Origin: an uncultured delta proteobacterium
GTDB lineage: Bacteria > Desulfobacterota > RBG-13-43-22
DNA length: 64,000 nt
Direction of reading: 5' to 3'
Assembly: GCA_963843145.1 (NCBI GenBank)
Contig: CAWJJC010000027.1
Location: 320,001-384,000 of the forward strand
The notes below the pieces were generated by a model that saw nothing but the letters and a program-made list of their open reading frames with translations, did no database searches and had not been told where the DNA came from. Below, piece by piece: positions 62,145 to 64,000 of this stretch (position 1 is its first letter; each line of letters starts with the position of its first letter). The translations under genes were made by a program, and so were the position numbers.

Positions 62145-62781
62145 AGAGCCTTTTCTGGAGGATATATTCCTCCACGGCCTCCGGGAGGAGGTAGGTGATG
62201 CTTTTCCCTTGCCGGCACAGTCCGCGGATGAAGGTGGATGAAATGTCCAGCCGGGTAATCGGTGCCCAGTGGACCGAAAATCCAGCGGGGTGGAGGAAAC
62301 GATGTTCCCGAGGATAGGGAACGAAACCCGGGAATATTTCCCGATTGAGAAATTCCGGTAAGCGCCGTCGCGAAACTCCCTGTCGGTCCAGGATGATGAA
62401 ATGACAAAGTTCGAAAAGTTGGAGATAATCCTTCCAGGAGGAAATTTCCAGGAAGGCATCCAAGCCGAGGATAAAAAAGAGCTCCACTCCTTGGGGGAAG
62501 GTCCGGTGAAAATGGCGCACGGTTTGGATGGAATAGGATTTTCCGCGACGCTTAATTTCCGCATCCGAGGCCTTTAAACGGGGTTGGCCCGCCACGGCCA
62601 ACCGGACCATCTTCAGACGGTGGGCGAACGAGAGGATCTCCCGGCTCGTCTTATGCGGCGGGATGGCGGCCGGAAGGTAGAGGACCCGGTCCAAGTTAAA
62701 ATGTTCCTGGATCTCCAACCCGGCCCGGAGATGTCCGTGATGAATCGGATTAAAGGTCCCGCCGAAAAGTCCCAGTCGCAT
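62116..62781 (-). CDS. nadD: Nicotinate-nucleotide adenylyltransferase
   Basis: GGTFNPIHHGH, PPHK, ISST. Confidence 0.96.
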   Translation of the reverse strand: MRLGLFGGTFNPIHHGHLRAGLEIQEHFNLDRVLYLPAAIPPHKTSREILSFAHRLKMVRLAVAGQPRLKASDAEIKRRGKSYSIQTVRHFHRTFPQGVELFFILGLDAFLEISSWKDYLQLFELCHFIILDRQGVSRRRLPEFLNREIFPGFVPYPREHRFLHPAGFSVHWAPITRLDISSTFIRGLCRQGKSITYLLPEAVEEYILQKRLYGTQEKTAK

Positions 62782-62785
62782 CCAA

Positions 62786-64000
62786 CTAACTCCGGATTTG
62801 TCCCTGACCGAAGACAATGAACTTGGTGGTGGTTAATTCATTCAGTCCCATGGGGCCGAAGGCGTGCAGCTTGGACGTGCTGATGCCGATCTCGGCCCCT
62901 AAGCCTAATTGATTCCCGTCATTAAAACGGGTGGAGGCGTTCACCAGGACCACCGAGGAATTAACCGCCTGGAGAAACTGCCGCGCCCGGGTATAATCCT
63001 GGGTGATGATGGCCTCCGTGTGTTGTGAACCGTAGCGCTGGATATGCCGGACGGCCTCGTCCAGATCCTTAACCACTCGAACGGCTAAAATCAAATCCAG
63101 GTACTCCGCGGACCAGTCCGCTTCCCGGGCCGGGATGATCCCCTTCCCCCCGCCCACTATCTTCAGAGTGGCCGGGCAGCCCCGGATCTCCACGCCCGCT
63201 TCCCGAAAGCGTTTGATCATCTGCGGTAGAAACTTCGGAGCCGCTTGTCGATGAACCAGCAGGGTTTCCATGGCGTTGCAGACGCCCGGCCGCTGCACCT
63301 TGGCATTGAGGCTGACGTTTTCCGCCAAAGCCAGGTCGGCGCCCTGGTCCACGAAAATATGACAAACCCCCTTGTAGTGTTTTAATACCGGGATCCGGGA
63401 TTGGGCGGTCACCGTCCGGATCAGTCCCTCTCCGCCCCGGGGAATGATCAGGTCGATATACTCCTCCAGTTTGAGCAGCTCCGTGGTGGCCTCCCGGTCG
63501 GTGATCGGGACGAGCTGAATGGCGCCCGGATGGACCTCCTCCCGGATCAGCACTTCCTGGAGAATTTGAGCCAATATCCGATTGGATCGCAGGGCTTCGC
63601 TGCCCCCCTTGAGGATCACGGCGTTGCCCGATTTTAAACAGAGTCCGGCGGCATCCACCGTCACATTGGGCCGAGCTTCATAAATAAAGCCGATGACCCC
63701 TAAAGGGATGCGCATCCGCCCCACCTGCAATCCGTTGGGCCGAAGCCGCAAGCCGGTAACTTCTCCGACCGGATCGGGCAGTCGAACCACTTCCCGCAGC
63801 CCCTGAGCCATTTCAGCCAAGGTTTTTTCGGTAAGCTGCAGTCGATCTAAAAAAGCCCGGGGCCGGCCGGCCCGGTGCGCCAGGGTGAGGTCTTCTTTGT
63901 TCTCCTTGAGGATGCTCTTGGTTTTTTTCTCCAAGGCCTCGGCCATGGCCGAAAGGCAACGATTCTTTTGGCTGGTGTTCAGGAGAGGCAGGGTATGCGC
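62786..64000 (-). CDS. proA: Glutamate-5-semialdehyde dehydrogenase, 5' end outside the window
   Basis: [48 protein letters not shown]. Confidence 0.97.
   Translation of the reverse strand, partial: AHTLPLLNTSQKNRCLSAMAEALEKKTKSILKENKEDLTLAHRAGRPRAFLDRLQLTEKTLAEMAQGLREVVRLPDPVGEVTGLRLRPNGLQVGRMRIPLGVIGFIYEARPNVTVDAAGLCLKSGNAVILKGGSEALRSNRILAQILQEVLIREEVHPGAIQLVPITDREATTELLKLEEYIDLIIPRGGEGLIRTVTAQSRIPVLKHYKGVCHIFVDQGADLALAENVSLNAKVQRPGVCNAMETLLVHRQAAPKFLPQMIKRFREAGVEIRGCPATLKIVGGGKGIIPAREADWSAEYLDLILAVRVVKDLDEAVRHIQRYGSQHTEAIITQDYTRARQFLQAVNSSVVLVNASTRFNDGNQLGLGAEIGISTSKLHAFGPMGLNELTTTKFIVFGQGQIRS

Noticed and set aside
61743-62564. 273-aa extended RsfS
   Set aside because: The extension overlaps nadD in another frame; the real start is probably 62144.

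Overview
A GC-rich bacterial chromosomal window. Gene content (selB, Sfum_1244-like protein, AOR, PocR/PAS kinases, sigma-54 promoters) suggests an anaerobic Desulfobacterota/deltaproteobacterium; this is inference. The left end (1-7500, minus strand) has the gene order of the regulatory/chaperone half of a Serratia-39006-type gas-vesicle cluster (gvpY-like, gvrA, gvpH/Hsp20, gvpZ/Cdc48, fused gvpF2-F3, gvrB). It lies behind a sigma-54 promoter, and the structural gvpA/N/K genes expected upstream are missing. Next come a decayed island (frameshifted kinase, IS91 remnant, NRAMP fragment, CDF, DedA, small proteins), znuABC, trxC, tatD, alpha-2-macroglobulin/pbpC, lipoproteins, fumarate hydratase, surE-selB, pyrKD, pgeF, a hybrid kinase, AOR, a GalT-like gene, a 2-hydroxyacyl-CoA dehydratase/Liv-type ABC/acyl-CoA ligase cluster, bepA, rsfS, nadD and proA. 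Intergenic regions are crowded with non-autonomous repeats: 7-mer and 9-mer periodic hairpins, REP-like palindromes, a MITE with a target duplication, and an unrecognised ~90-nt element in four copies. No rRNA, tRNA or CRISPR array was seen. All family assignments come from motif recognition by eye, not database searches.
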